DNA from: an uncultured delta proteobacterium
GTDB taxonomy: Bacteria > Myxococcota_A > Polyangia > Haliangiales > Haliangiaceae
Length of the DNA stretch: 64,000 bases
Assembly: GCA_963848295.1 (NCBI GenBank)
Contig: CAWKDB010000001.1
Coordinates: forward strand, 1-64,000
Reading direction: 5' to 3'
The position numbers and the translations under genes are program-made. Shown piece by piece: positions 50,244 to 64,000 of this stretch (positions are counted from its first letter, which is position 1; each line of letters starts with the position of its first letter). The notes under the pieces were generated by a model that saw only the letters and a list, made by a program, of their open reading frames with translations, was not told the origin of the DNA and did no database searches.

Positions 50244-50639
50244 ATGATCCCCGCCGCAGCGTCCAACCCCCAGCCCGTGTTGAAGGTCGCGATCTTCGAC
50301 GATGTGGTTGCGGCGCGCAGCGAGCAGTTTCATATCCCCGGCCTGGCGGTCGACGTGTTCGCGCATGCCGACGACGCGGTCGGCAACTGCACGCGCGGTA
50401 GCTACGACCTCGTGTTCATGGACTTCGCGATGGGCCCCGGCCGCAAGGATGGCGCGACGGCTTGTCGCGAGCTCCGGGGCGCCGGCTTTCGCGGCAAGCT
50501 GATCGGGATCTCGAGCGACCCGGCGGCGAACGCATCGATGAAGTCGTCGGGCGCGGACGAGTCACTCGGCAGCAAAGCGCACCTTCGCAGCTATCTCGTT
50601 CACGTCGGCGGCAAGCACCTCGCCGCGCACCGCGCGTAG
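50244..50639 (+). CDS. Single-domain response regulator
   Basis: IFDD, YDLVFMD (phospho-acceptor Asp), ISS, K. Confidence 0.8.
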   Translation: MIPAAASNPQPVLKVAIFDDVVAARSEQFHIPGLAVDVFAHADDAVGNCTRGSYDLVFMDFAMGPGRKDGATACRELRGAGFRGKLIGISSDPAANASMKSSGADESLGSKAHLRSYLVHVGGKHLAAHRA

Positions 50640-50650
50640 CTACGCAGCCG

Positions 50651-51109
50651 TTACTGCTTGCCGAGCGCGACGGCCCGCCAGTGCGCGATCTCTTCGGGCT
50701 TCGGTGGCGAGAACGCGTTGGTATCCCGATCGGGCGATCGCTGGATTTCCGCGTAACGGAGCAGCTTCGCGAATCGCGCGTGATCGACGTGGTCGCCCGG
50801 CTGGACCGATGACATCGCCGCGTAGAGTGCGAGGTCGATCACGACCGGCGTCATCTCCCCCTTAGCGGCTTCTTCGATCAAGGGCTCGACCGGGCAACCT
50901 GGCGGACCGATCAGCGCCATCAGAACCAGATCGACTCCGAGAACTTCCGGGCTCTTGACCTCGCGTGCAGCCGGGGCTGGCTTGGCCGGCGGAGCCGCCG
51001 CTGTCGCAGGGATGACGGCGGCCCGCTCGACGATCGGCGTCGGCGTCGGCGTCGGGCAGTCACGCGTGCATCCGACCAATAGGAGCACGAGCCCGTAGTT
51101 GCGAAGCAT
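50651..51109 (-). CDS. Hypothetical lipoprotein
   Basis: LVGC lipobox, Pro/Ala linker; TAAGAT 6 nt before ATG. Confidence 0.6.
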   Translation of the reverse strand: MLRNYGLVLLLVGCTRDCPTPTPTPIVERAAVIPATAAAPPAKPAPAAREVKSPEVLGVDLVLMALIGPPGCPVEPLIEEAAKGEMTPVVIDLALYAAMSSVQPGDHVDHARFAKLLRYAEIQRSPDRDTNAFSPPKPEEIAHWRAVALGKQ

Positions 51110-51151
51110 GCGCGCATCTTACGGCACCCGAGAACCGAGGATGGTGAATTG

Positions 51152-52378
51152 CTATGGCGCGAAGCCCGCGGCCGAGGTCGTGAAGATCTCGCCGGCGGCC
51201 GGCGTCGGCACGATCACGCTCTGGAAGATCGATTCGACGTAGAGCCCGGCGCTGGCGAGCGAGCCGTAATCAGCCACGTCGGTCGACGACACGATCGTCT
51301 GGTTCGCGGTCAGCATGCTCGGGTCCGAAGGCGCGGTGAACAGCGAGCCGGCATCGGTGCTGATCTGCGGGAACGCGACCGCGGTGATGTCGGTCGGCAA
51401 CACGATGTCCCAAACGATGTTTTGCATCGGGCCCTGCCACGCGAGCTGGACGTCGGAAGCCGCCGCCGCGAACGTCGGTGCGGTCCACGTCAGCGCCAGC
51501 GTGGTCAGATCGCCGAGCGCGAGCGATGGCGTGATCGCCGGCAGCGGGAAATCGGTGGTCGAGAAGTTGATCGCGGTCGGCGCGCCGGCGATGTCGAGCG
51601 TGGTCACGACGTTGCCGACCGTCGCGTGGACGACCGCGGCGTCGACCGCGAGCCCGTCGTAGAGCATGCCCGTCACTCCGAGCGGACCCTGACCGTACGG
51701 CAGGCCGTCGACGAGCTGCGCCCAATCGAGCGTCGGCGTGACCCCGGTGAGCGTGACCGGGATCTCGGTGCCGGTCGTCGACCACGTCGCAGGTGCGAGC
51801 ATCCCGTCGCCGGACGACAGATCGGCCTCGCCTGCGACGTAGCCGATCACTTGCTGCGGCGTGCTCGCGTCGTACGCGAGCACGAGCGCGTCGACGATCG
51901 TGTCGGTCCCTTCACACGGCGCGATGACGGTGACGGTGTCGGGCATCGTCGTCGTCGCGATCGCGTTGCAGCCGAGCTCGATCGCGTACGCCGCCGCGGG
52001 GATCGAGGTCATCGGCGCCACGGTCAGCGCACCGGCGACGACCGCGACGTTCGGATCGGCCGGCCCGTGGATCGTGATCGTCGCGCCGGCGGCGGGCGCG
52101 AGCGTCGTGATCACCGACAGCGTCGTCGTCTCCGGGACGAGCTGGCCGGGGAACACCACGGTGATCAACGAGCCATCGATGACGCCGATCGTCGCGGTGC
52201 CGGTCGCATCGGCGGTCTGCTGATCGAGGATCGAGCCGTCCGCGTCGTGCGAGACCACCGTGACGCCACCCTCGGGCGCTTCGCCGCCGATCGCGATCAC
52301 CGTCGCGGTCGTCGTGGGCGGAGCAGGCGCGTTGCTGCAGCCGGCGAACAGCGCGACGAGGGCGAGCGAGCGAGCCAT
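51152..52378 (-). CDS. Thr/Ala-rich beta-sandwich lipoprotein
   Basis: FAGC lipobox, beta-rich acidic sequence; TAGCGT 7 nt before ATG. Confidence 0.7.
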   Translation of the reverse strand: MARSLALVALFAGCSNAPAPPTTTATVIAIGGEAPEGGVTVVSHDADGSILDQQTADATGTATIGVIDGSLITVVFPGQLVPETTTLSVITTLAPAAGATITIHGPADPNVAVVAGALTVAPMTSIPAAAYAIELGCNAIATTTMPDTVTVIAPCEGTDTIVDALVLAYDASTPQQVIGYVAGEADLSSGDGMLAPATWSTTGTEIPVTLTGVTPTLDWAQLVDGLPYGQGPLGVTGMLYDGLAVDAAVVHATVGNVVTTLDIAGAPTAINFSTTDFPLPAITPSLALGDLTTLALTWTAPTFAAAASDVQLAWQGPMQNIVWDIVLPTDITAVAFPQISTDAGSLFTAPSDPSMLTANQTIVSSTDVADYGSLASAGLYVESIFQSVIVPTPAAGEIFTTSAAGFAP

Positions 52379-52446
52379 CGCGCGAACGCTACTCCACCCG
52401 GGCCGGACATCGTTGAGGAACGATGCCCCATGCTAGGGTTTCCGCC

Positions 52447-53964
<1,518 letters not shown>

Positions 53965-53979
53965 GCGCGCGACCGCCCG

Positions 53980-54492
53980 CTACGGCTTCTTCTTCTTGAA
54001 CACGCCGACCCGGTCCATCGTCGCGATGAACGCCGGATCGCTGCCGCACGCCTTGCGGATGGCCTGATCCTTCGCCTCCGCGTCGGCCATCGTGACGTGG
54101 TGCTGATCGAGCCAGCCATGCATCTCTGCCATCGTCGCGGTCTTGTGCTTCATCAGCTCGCTCTTGACGTCGGCTTCGCCGGCCGGATCGAGCGCGATCA
54201 GCTGCGCCGTGGCGTGACGAATCTTCGTGGCGAGCGGTTCGAGCGTGATCAGCCGATCGATCTGGGCCTTGCAGTCTCCGTCGAACGCCATCGTGACCGG
54301 CATCGCGGCCTTCGCGTACGTCAGGCTGTCGTTCGCGATCTGCTCGATCAGCTGCCTCGCCGCCGGAGACAAGGCCGACCCAGGGTCAGCGTTCGAGACC
54401 TCCATCGACTTCGCCGCCGGGGCTGGGTTTGTCTTTTCGCACGCGGCGACGGCGAGGCATCCGGCGAGCGCGACGGCGATCGTTCGACTCAT
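53980..54492 (-). CDS. Hypothetical helical lipoprotein
   Basis: MSRTIAVALAGCLAVAAC lipobox. Confidence 0.7.
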   Translation of the reverse strand: MSRTIAVALAGCLAVAACEKTNPAPAAKSMEVSNADPGSALSPAARQLIEQIANDSLTYAKAAMPVTMAFDGDCKAQIDRLITLEPLATKIRHATAQLIALDPAGEADVKSELMKHKTATMAEMHGWLDQHHVTMADAEAKDQAIRKACGSDPAFIATMDRVGVFKKKKP

Positions 54493-54507
54493 ACCGCCGT
54501 CTCTAGC

Positions 54508-56337
<1,830 letters not shown>

Positions 56338-56401
56338 TCGCGACGCCGACGCCCCGGCTCCGGTCGCGTCATGCGACCCGAGACGCGCTATCATGGCCGC
56401 C

Positions 56402-57304
56402 ATGGTGCGTTTTGCGCTCGTGACTGCATTGCTCGCGATGTTCGGCGGGTGCGATTCGAAGGCGAAGGCGTCGGATCCGGGTCAGAAGTCGAAGGAGTAC
56501 GAGACCTGCTCGGCGAGCGCCCAGTGCGTGGGCGAGCTGCGTTGCTTCGACCACGCGTGCCGGCGCGTCATGCGCTCGACGGTCGGCGATTACTTCGCCG
56601 CGGTCGGTTCGCGCGCGCTCGCGAGCCACGACACCGACGGCGCGATCGACGCGTATAACCGCGCGCTCGGTCACTACGACAGCGAAAAGATTCCGCTGCC
56701 GCCCGATATCGACTGCGCCTACGGCACGGCGCTCGCCGCCGGCCGCGGCAAGAAAGAGCACGCCGAGCTCGGAGCGCGCGTGCTGCACCGCTGTCTGCTC
56801 GCGCTGCCCGCGAGCGGTGGCTTGCGCGATCAGGCGCTCGCCGATCTCGCGTCGCTCGCCGACTCCGGCCTCGATCCGCTCGCGCTCGGCCGCAGCCAGC
56901 TCGCCGACGTGTACCTGACCCGCCAGCCAGCGCCGCCGACCGATGCCGGCGTCACCGTGACTGCGAGCCCGGCGGTGACCGGCAAGTCGTACCAAGCCAT
57001 TCCCGACAAGCTCGCCGAGGCCGACGTCAAGGCGGCGCTGCTCGCGTGCTTCAACACGTACACCGCGGCGGCGCACAAGGACGCGTTGGCCACCGCGATC
57101 GGCGTCAGGGTCGCGTACATTCCGTCGGAGTACGAGGACGAAGCGGGGAGCTTCGCGATCAAGATCGAGCCCGCGCCGGCGATGCCTGCCGGACCCGAAG
57201 CGACCGCCGATCAATGCGTGCGCGCCGTGGCGGAGCCCGCGATCAAAGGGCTGACCACGCTGCGCGATGCGTTCACCACGAAGCTGACGATCACGATCAA
57301 GTAG
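56402..57304 (+). CDS. Cys-rich hypothetical lipoprotein with TPR-like segment
   Basis: FGGC lipobox, CSASAQCVGELRCFDHAC; TATCAT 7 nt before ATG 56402. Confidence 0.7.
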   Translation: MVRFALVTALLAMFGGCDSKAKASDPGQKSKEYETCSASAQCVGELRCFDHACRRVMRSTVGDYFAAVGSRALASHDTDGAIDAYNRALGHYDSEKIPLPPDIDCAYGTALAAGRGKKEHAELGARVLHRCLLALPASGGLRDQALADLASLADSGLDPLALGRSQLADVYLTRQPAPPTDAGVTVTASPAVTGKSYQAIPDKLAEADVKAALLACFNTYTAAAHKDALATAIGVRVAYIPSEYEDEAGSFAIKIEPAPAMPAGPEATADQCVRAVAEPAIKGLTTLRDAFTTKLTITIK

Positions 57305-58425
57305 TGACGACCGCGCCCGATCTCAGTGCGATGACGCTCGCGGATGCCGAAGCATTCGCGGTCGCGCAGGGATGGCCGAAGTTTCGCGGCGAGCAAGCCT
57401 GGCGCTGGGTCCACGAGCGCGGCGTGCGCTCGGTCGACGACATGACGAACCTGCCGCCGGCGATCCGTGGCGAGCTCGCGACTCGCGTGCGGATCGGCAC
57501 GCTCGCGATCGCCGAGATCCAGACGTCGCACGATGGCACGCGCAAGCTGCGGCTGACCACCGGCGATGGTCGCTCGATCGAGAGCGTGATCATTCCCGAT
57601 GCCGAGGGCGACAAGGCGACGCTGTGCATCTCGTCGCAGATCGGCTGCGCGGTCGACTGCCAGTTCTGCGCGACCGCGAAGCTCGGGCTCGTGCGCAACC
57701 TCGACGCCGGCGAGATCGTCGACCAGGTCTACCTCGCGCGCCGACTGCTCGCCGAGGTCGATCCCGACCGCCGGCTGTCGAACCTCGTGTACATGGGCAT
57801 GGGCGAGCCGCTACACAACTACGACAACGTGCTCAAGTCGATCCGGATCCTGACGAACCAGAAGGGCGCCAGGATCGCGCCGCGCCGGATCACGCTATCG
57901 ACCGCCGGGCTCGTGCCGAAGCTCGCGAAGCTCGGCGCCGAGGACGTCCGCCCGAACCTCGCGGTATCGCTCAACGCGCCGAACGACGCGATCCGCGATC
58001 AGATCATGCCGATCAATCGCAAGTGGAACATCGCGAAGCTGCTCGACACGCTGCGCGCCTATCCGCTCGAGCAACGCCGGCGGATCACGTTCGAATACGT
58101 GCTGCTCGCCGGGGTCAACGATTCGGTGCGCGATGCGGCTCAGCTGTCGAAGCTGTTGCGCGGCCTCAAGTGCAAGGTCAACGTGATCCCGTGGAACCCG
58201 CACCCCGAGGCGCCGTATCAGCGGCCGGCGCCGGCGGTGATCGATGCGTTCCAGGCCGAGTGCAAGCGGCTCGGCTTGCCGACGTATTTGCGCACGCCGC
58301 GCGGTGACGATATCGATGCCGCGTGCGGCCAGCTCGCGAATCGCAGCAACGGCCAGGCGCTCGTACCACTGCGCGTACGCAAGCGTGGCGCGGATGCGCT
58401 GCCACCGCCGCCCGACGTCGATTAA
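57304..58425 (+). CDS. rlmN: 23S rRNA m2A2503 methyltransferase (radical SAM)
   Basis: CISSQIGCAVDCQFCAT, MGMGEP, EYVLL, DIDAACGQL. Confidence 0.95.
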   Translation: MTTAPDLSAMTLADAEAFAVAQGWPKFRGEQAWRWVHERGVRSVDDMTNLPPAIRGELATRVRIGTLAIAEIQTSHDGTRKLRLTTGDGRSIESVIIPDAEGDKATLCISSQIGCAVDCQFCATAKLGLVRNLDAGEIVDQVYLARRLLAEVDPDRRLSNLVYMGMGEPLHNYDNVLKSIRILTNQKGARIAPRRITLSTAGLVPKLAKLGAEDVRPNLAVSLNAPNDAIRDQIMPINRKWNIAKLLDTLRAYPLEQRRRITFEYVLLAGVNDSVRDAAQLSKLLRGLKCKVNVIPWNPHPEAPYQRPAPAVIDAFQAECKRLGLPTYLRTPRGDDIDAACGQLANRSNGQALVPLRVRKRGADALPPPPDVD

Positions 58426-58437
58426 GATCCCGAGCCG

Positions 58438-60009
<1,572 letters not shown>

Positions 60010-60085
60010 CGCCGAGGCTCGGTCGCGCACAACGCTTGCTGGCCGTCCGGGGAAGCGCTAGGGTCCGCGCCCTAAGGAGTCCCCT

Positions 60086-60517
60086 ATGGCCATCGAACGT
60101 ACGTTCTCGATCATCAAGCCCGACGCCGTCGCGAAGAACGTGATCGGTCCGATCATCGCCAAGCTCGAAGCCGCCGGCCTGCGCGTGATCGCGGCGAAGA
60201 CCGTCCGGCTCAGCGAGGCCCAGGCCAAGGCGTTCTACGCCGTGCACAAGGATCGCCCGTTCTACGGCGACCTCGTGAAGTTCATGACCGAGGGACCGGT
60301 CGTCGTCCAGGTGCTCGAAGGCGAGAACGCGGTCGCGAAGAACCGCGAAGTGATGGGTGCGACGAACCCGGAGAAGGCCGCGCCCGGCACGATCCGCAAG
60401 GAGTTCGCGACCAACATCGAGCGCAACGCGGTGCACGGCTCGGATGCGCCCGAGACCGCGCGCGAGGAGATCGCGTTCTTCTTCTCGACGGCCGATCTCG
60501 CGTCGCTACACCGCTAG
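60086..60517 (+). CDS. ndk: Nucleoside diphosphate kinase
   Basis: [33 protein letters not shown]. Confidence 0.97.
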   Translation: MAIERTFSIIKPDAVAKNVIGPIIAKLEAAGLRVIAAKTVRLSEAQAKAFYAVHKDRPFYGDLVKFMTEGPVVVQVLEGENAVAKNREVMGATNPEKAAPGTIRKEFATNIERNAVHGSDAPETAREEIAFFFSTADLASLHR

Positions 60518-61554
60518 GCAGCCCGCCGCCGCGGGAAAGCGAGCTTCGCGAGAGCGAGCGCGCCTTGCTTCCACGGCACGCGATGCGTGACGCCGGCTTT
60601 GCCCAGGCCATCGGCATGGGCGAGGTACCAGCGGTAGTTGCGGATCAGCGCGTCGCGATTCGAGAACTGCGGCTGCCAACCGAGCACGCGTTCGGCTTTG
60701 TCGATCGAGACGAACGAGTCCTCGGTGACGGTCTCGTAGATCCACGGGTACAGCGGCGACAGGTGCAGCCGCTCCAGTGCGCGCAGCGCGGCGATCGCCG
60801 GTGCGACCGGGATCGAGCGGATCTTGCGGCCGTGGCCGGCCTCGTCGAGCACCGCCTGGAAATCGCCGCGCAGCGTCGTGAACTCGGCGGCGCCGATGTT
60901 GAACACGTCGTTCGCCGCTGCGGCGGGCACGGTGGCAGCGAGCGCGATCGCAGCGCACAGGTCTTCGACATCGAGCAGCTGGTAGCGATTGTCGCCGCGG
61001 CCGAGGATCGGGAAGTCGCGACCTTCGCGCGCCCATTCGTACATCAGCGCGAACACGCCGAGCCGCTCGGGCCCGACGAACGACTTCGGCCGGACGATCG
61101 CGATCGTCTGACCGCGATCGCGCGCGCGCTCGCACACGCGTTCGGCCTCGACCTTCGCGATGCCGTACGGTCCGACGCCGCGCATGTCGTCGGCCTCGAC
61201 GAGCGGATGATGATCGGGCACGCCGTACACCGCGGTCGATGACACGTGGACGACGCGCGCCTCGCCCGCCGCTTCGAGCACGGTGCGCGTGCCGTCGATG
61301 TCGATCGAGTGAATCTCGGCGGGCGGGTAGAGCGGCAGCGCCGCCGCGGCGTGGACGACGACGTCGCAGCCCGCCGCCGCGCGCTCGACCGCAGCGCGAT
61401 CGCGAATGTCGCCGCGGTGCTCGGTGATCCTCGGCTGTTCCGGGTAGTCGAACGGCTCGCGATCGAGCGACACGACGTCGTCTCCGCGCGCGAGGAGATG
61501 GCGCACGAGGTTGATGCCGAGAAATCCCGCGCCGCCGGTGACGAGCCATCGCAT
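60514..61554 (-). CDS. NAD-dependent epimerase/dehydratase (extended SDR)
   Basis: [23 protein letters not shown]. Confidence 0.9.
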   Translation of the reverse strand: MRWLVTGGAGFLGINLVRHLLARGDDVVSLDREPFDYPEQPRITEHRGDIRDRAAVERAAAGCDVVVHAAAALPLYPPAEIHSIDIDGTRTVLEAAGEARVVHVSSTAVYGVPDHHPLVEADDMRGVGPYGIAKVEAERVCERARDRGQTIAIVRPKSFVGPERLGVFALMYEWAREGRDFPILGRGDNRYQLLDVEDLCAAIALAATVPAAAANDVFNIGAAEFTTLRGDFQAVLDEAGHGRKIRSIPVAPAIAALRALERLHLSPLYPWIYETVTEDSFVSIDKAERVLGWQPQFSNRDALIRNYRWYLAHADGLGKAGVTHRVPWKQGALALAKLAFPRRRAA

Positions 61555-61670
61555 GGCGGGCATCTTGCCACTCGGTCGATCGCGAAGCGACGAGCCTCGC
61601 CGTTGCTTATCAGCGGTGACGCCGCGACCCGACGCCATCTTCCGCGCCGCACTCGCGTTACATTCTGGCG

Positions 61671-62672
61671 ATGCCTGCTCCGCGCGAGACGCGCTACGGC
61701 CCATGGCTGGTCGCGCTCGGCGCGGCGCTGTGGGGCACGGAGAGCGCGTGGCGGATCCCGCTCGACCAGGTGTTCGACGCCGACGTCATGGTGCTGTGGG
61801 AGCACGTCATCCTGGTCGCGTGCGCGCTGCCGTTCATCGTGCCGCGGCTCGGCGAGCTGCGGCGTGCTCGATGGCAGACGCTCGCGTGGCTCGGCTTCTC
61901 GGGCGTCGCGGGCTCGGCGGTCGGTACGATCTTCTTCACGCTCGCGCTCAAGCGCGAGACCATCGTGTCGTTCGACAGCATCGCGTCGTTCCTCTCGGCG
62001 ATCGGCGCCGACTCGGCGGCCAGCGCGGTGCCGCGAGACCAGGTCGTCAATGCGACCGTGATCAACGTCGTGCTCAACATCCAGCCCGTGCTGTCGACCG
62101 CCGCGGCCTGGTTGTTCTTCCGCGACCGGCTCGCCCGCGGGTTCTATCCATGGGCGGCCCTCGCGGTCGGGTGCGGCGTCGTGCTCGCGATCGGCGATGG
62201 CGACGTCATCTACGGCGTGGACTACGCGTTGCTCACCGCGCTGCTCTGGGGGTTGTCGACGGTCGCGGGCCGCGGCGTGATGGTCGAGCTATCGCTCCCG
62301 CTCGCCGCGGGCATGCGCGTCGTGATCGGGCTCGTCGCGACATTCGCGATCGTCGCGATCCGAGGCGGGCTCTCGGCGGACGCGCTGTGGCCGGCCGCGG
62401 CTGCAGTGGCGCCGGCCAAGACCGTCACGTGGCTGCTGCTGCTCGCGATCCTGTCGGGCGGGCTTCCGCTCGTGATCTATTTCGCGGGCCTCGCGCGAAC
62501 TCGCGCGTCGACCGCGGGCTACTTCGAGATGTTGCAGACGCTCGCCGCCGCGGCGATCACGTGGACGTTCTTCGGCGACGCGCTCGCGCCGCATCAACTC
62601 GCGGCCGGGGTCCTGCTGATCGGCGCGGTCGCGATGGTGCAGCGCGCGCAATCGTCGACCGCGCGCGTGTGA
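61671..62672 (+). CDS. DMT/EamA family transporter
   Basis: About 10 TMs, ALWG repeated in both halves, FFGD. Confidence 0.85.
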   Translation: MPAPRETRYGPWLVALGAALWGTESAWRIPLDQVFDADVMVLWEHVILVACALPFIVPRLGELRRARWQTLAWLGFSGVAGSAVGTIFFTLALKRETIVSFDSIASFLSAIGADSAASAVPRDQVVNATVINVVLNIQPVLSTAAAWLFFRDRLARGFYPWAALAVGCGVVLAIGDGDVIYGVDYALLTALLWGLSTVAGRGVMVELSLPLAAGMRVVIGLVATFAIVAIRGGLSADALWPAAAAVAPAKTVTWLLLLAILSGGLPLVIYFAGLARTRASTAGYFEMLQTLAAAAITWTFFGDALAPHQLAAGVLLIGAVAMVQRAQSSTARV

Positions 62673-62686
62673 CCACAGCTACGCCG

Positions 62687-64000
62687 TCAGTCGAGGTGCA
62701 ACGGACATGGCCACTCGACGCGGTCGACGAACGGCGCCGCGGCGAGGCGTGCGAGCTGATCGTGCGGCCCGGTGACGTTCATCACGCTCCCTGCGTGACC
62801 GGCGATCTCGTAGCCGGTCGCTTGCAGCCCCGGGCAGCCGGCGACGAACTGCCGCGCGGTCTCGATCGGGAGGGCGATCACGACCCAGGCCACGTTCTGT
62901 TTGGCGTCGCAGCCGCCCTGCTTCGCGCCGAGTTGCACGGGAGTCGCGAGGAGCTCGGCGCACGACGGCAGTGGCTGCGCTGCATTCGCCGCGATCACGG
63001 CGCGGCGCTCGCCGTTGGCGCGGAGATCGGCGAGCATGTGGGCCGGCAACGCGGGATCGGCGGCGAACGCGCCCATCAGGGGCGAGATGCCGTGGCCGCC
63101 GTAGCGCGCGGTCGGCCACTCGACGTCGATACCGGAGCGCGGTAAGCGCGCAAGTCCCCATTCATCGCCGACGAGGCTATCGCTCGTCATCTGACCGGCG
63201 AGCGCCTGCGAGTCGCGCTCGCTCGCGAGGTGCCCGAGCAGCTCGCCCGCAACGCCGGTCTCGTGGTCGTACAGCACGTATAGCTTGCCGATGGCGGTCG
63301 GCGGCCGGCTGGCGAGCTCGGGCGCGAACCGCGCGAGGACCTCGGCGCCGATCGCGATCCGCTGTTCGTCGTCGGCGAGCGTCGCCCACAGCTCGCGAGA
63401 GCGCACCGGCACGTCGCCGCGCAGCCGCGTGCGATTCGCGCGCGCCGCTTGCGCGATCGGGTCGTCGTGCACGATGGGAGTGCGCAGCGTGGGCATCGCC
63501 GAGTGGCGCACGAGATCGAGGCCGAACAGGTGGAGTAACGCGAGCCCCACGCGCGGATCATCGCCGCGCGCGCCGCGCAGGTCGATCAGCAGCAAGTCGT
63601 GCGCGGCCAGCGCGCGTAGCGCATCGCCGAACCCGGTCCAACGGGGGTCATCCGGAGGCGCGAGCTCGTGCAGCGCGATCACGCCGACCGCCGCCGGGCC
63701 CGTGCCATCGATCCGGAATTCGAACAGCGGGCCGGTGCGCGGTGGCGCTGCGGTCGGCGGTGGAATCGTCCGGCTGTCGCGGTTGCAGCGCTTGCCGTCG
63801 AGGCTGAACGTCAGCGTGCGCTCGAAGTCGATGTCGCCGAGCAGCACGCACAGCTCGTGCGCGGTGTGCGCGCGGGTCGCGGCAGCGCGCAGCCGTGCAC
63901 GCAGGTCTGGCGTCACTTCGATCCACGTCGTCGCGAGCAGATCGTCGAGGAACATCGCGTCGGCCCCGCGCTCGTCTGCCGACAGCCCGCGGTTGTGCCC
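62687..64000 (-). CDS. S41-peptidase-like protein, degenerate, 5'-truncated
   Basis: LLIDLRGARG resembles DLRxNxGG and VLYDHETGVAGE resembles TxSAxE; frame is open to the window end. Confidence 0.55.
   Translation of the reverse strand, partial: GHNRGLSADERGADAMFLDDLLATTWIEVTPDLRARLRAAATRAHTAHELCVLLGDIDFERTLTFSLDGKRCNRDSRTIPPPTAAPPRTGPLFEFRIDGTGPAAVGVIALHELAPPDDPRWTGFGDALRALAAHDLLLIDLRGARGDDPRVGLALLHLFGLDLVRHSAMPTLRTPIVHDDPIAQAARANRTRLRGDVPVRSRELWATLADDEQRIAIGAEVLARFAPELASRPPTAIGKLYVLYDHETGVAGELLGHLASERDSQALAGQMTSDSLVGDEWGLARLPRSGIDVEWPTARYGGHGISPLMGAFAADPALPAHMLADLRANGERRAVIAANAAQPLPSCAELLATPVQLGAKQGGCDAKQNVAWVVIALPIETARQFVAGCPGLQATGYEIAGHAGSVMNVTGPHDQLARLAAAPFVDRVEWPCPLHLD

Overview
High-GC, CG-palindrome-rich bacterial chromosome segment. 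Gene content points to a myxobacterium (Myxococcota, probably Haliangiales/Kofleriaceae-like): a TIGR04563-type small protein, a Ser/Thr kinase paired with a Myxococcales sigma factor, PEGA/kelch proteins and many GS-linker lipoproteins. About 57 genes are present. Housekeeping genes are nrdJ, dksA, class I fumarase, rlmN, ndk and sixA. Other modules are a Rieske/cytochrome b-c pair, an AcrAB-OprM-type RND pump and a porin plus metallophosphoesterase operon. Highlights: (1) a 55-aa class I-type lanthipeptide precursor coupled to an intact LanC cyclase, with no LanB, transporter or protease in the window; (2) a MoxR/RavA AAA+ ATPase, an atypical vWA protein, two unknown proteins and a TPR/HEAT protein, all on the + strand and interrupted by - strand inserts, resembling a MoxR-vWA system; (3) a 24-bp repeat family (GGGGACG-N8-TYTGYCAAC) occurring as three spaced doublets, two of which flank a degenerate CobS-like gene in inverted orientation; (4) TANNNT hexamers 6-7 nt upstream of many start codons, suggesting widespread leaderless mRNAs; (5) a lipoprotein built of four tandem copies of an uncharacterised helical domain. 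Three apparent single-base frameshifts may be assembly errors. No rRNA, tRNA, CRISPR array, integrase or transposase was recognised. All family assignments come from motif recognition by eye, not from database searches.
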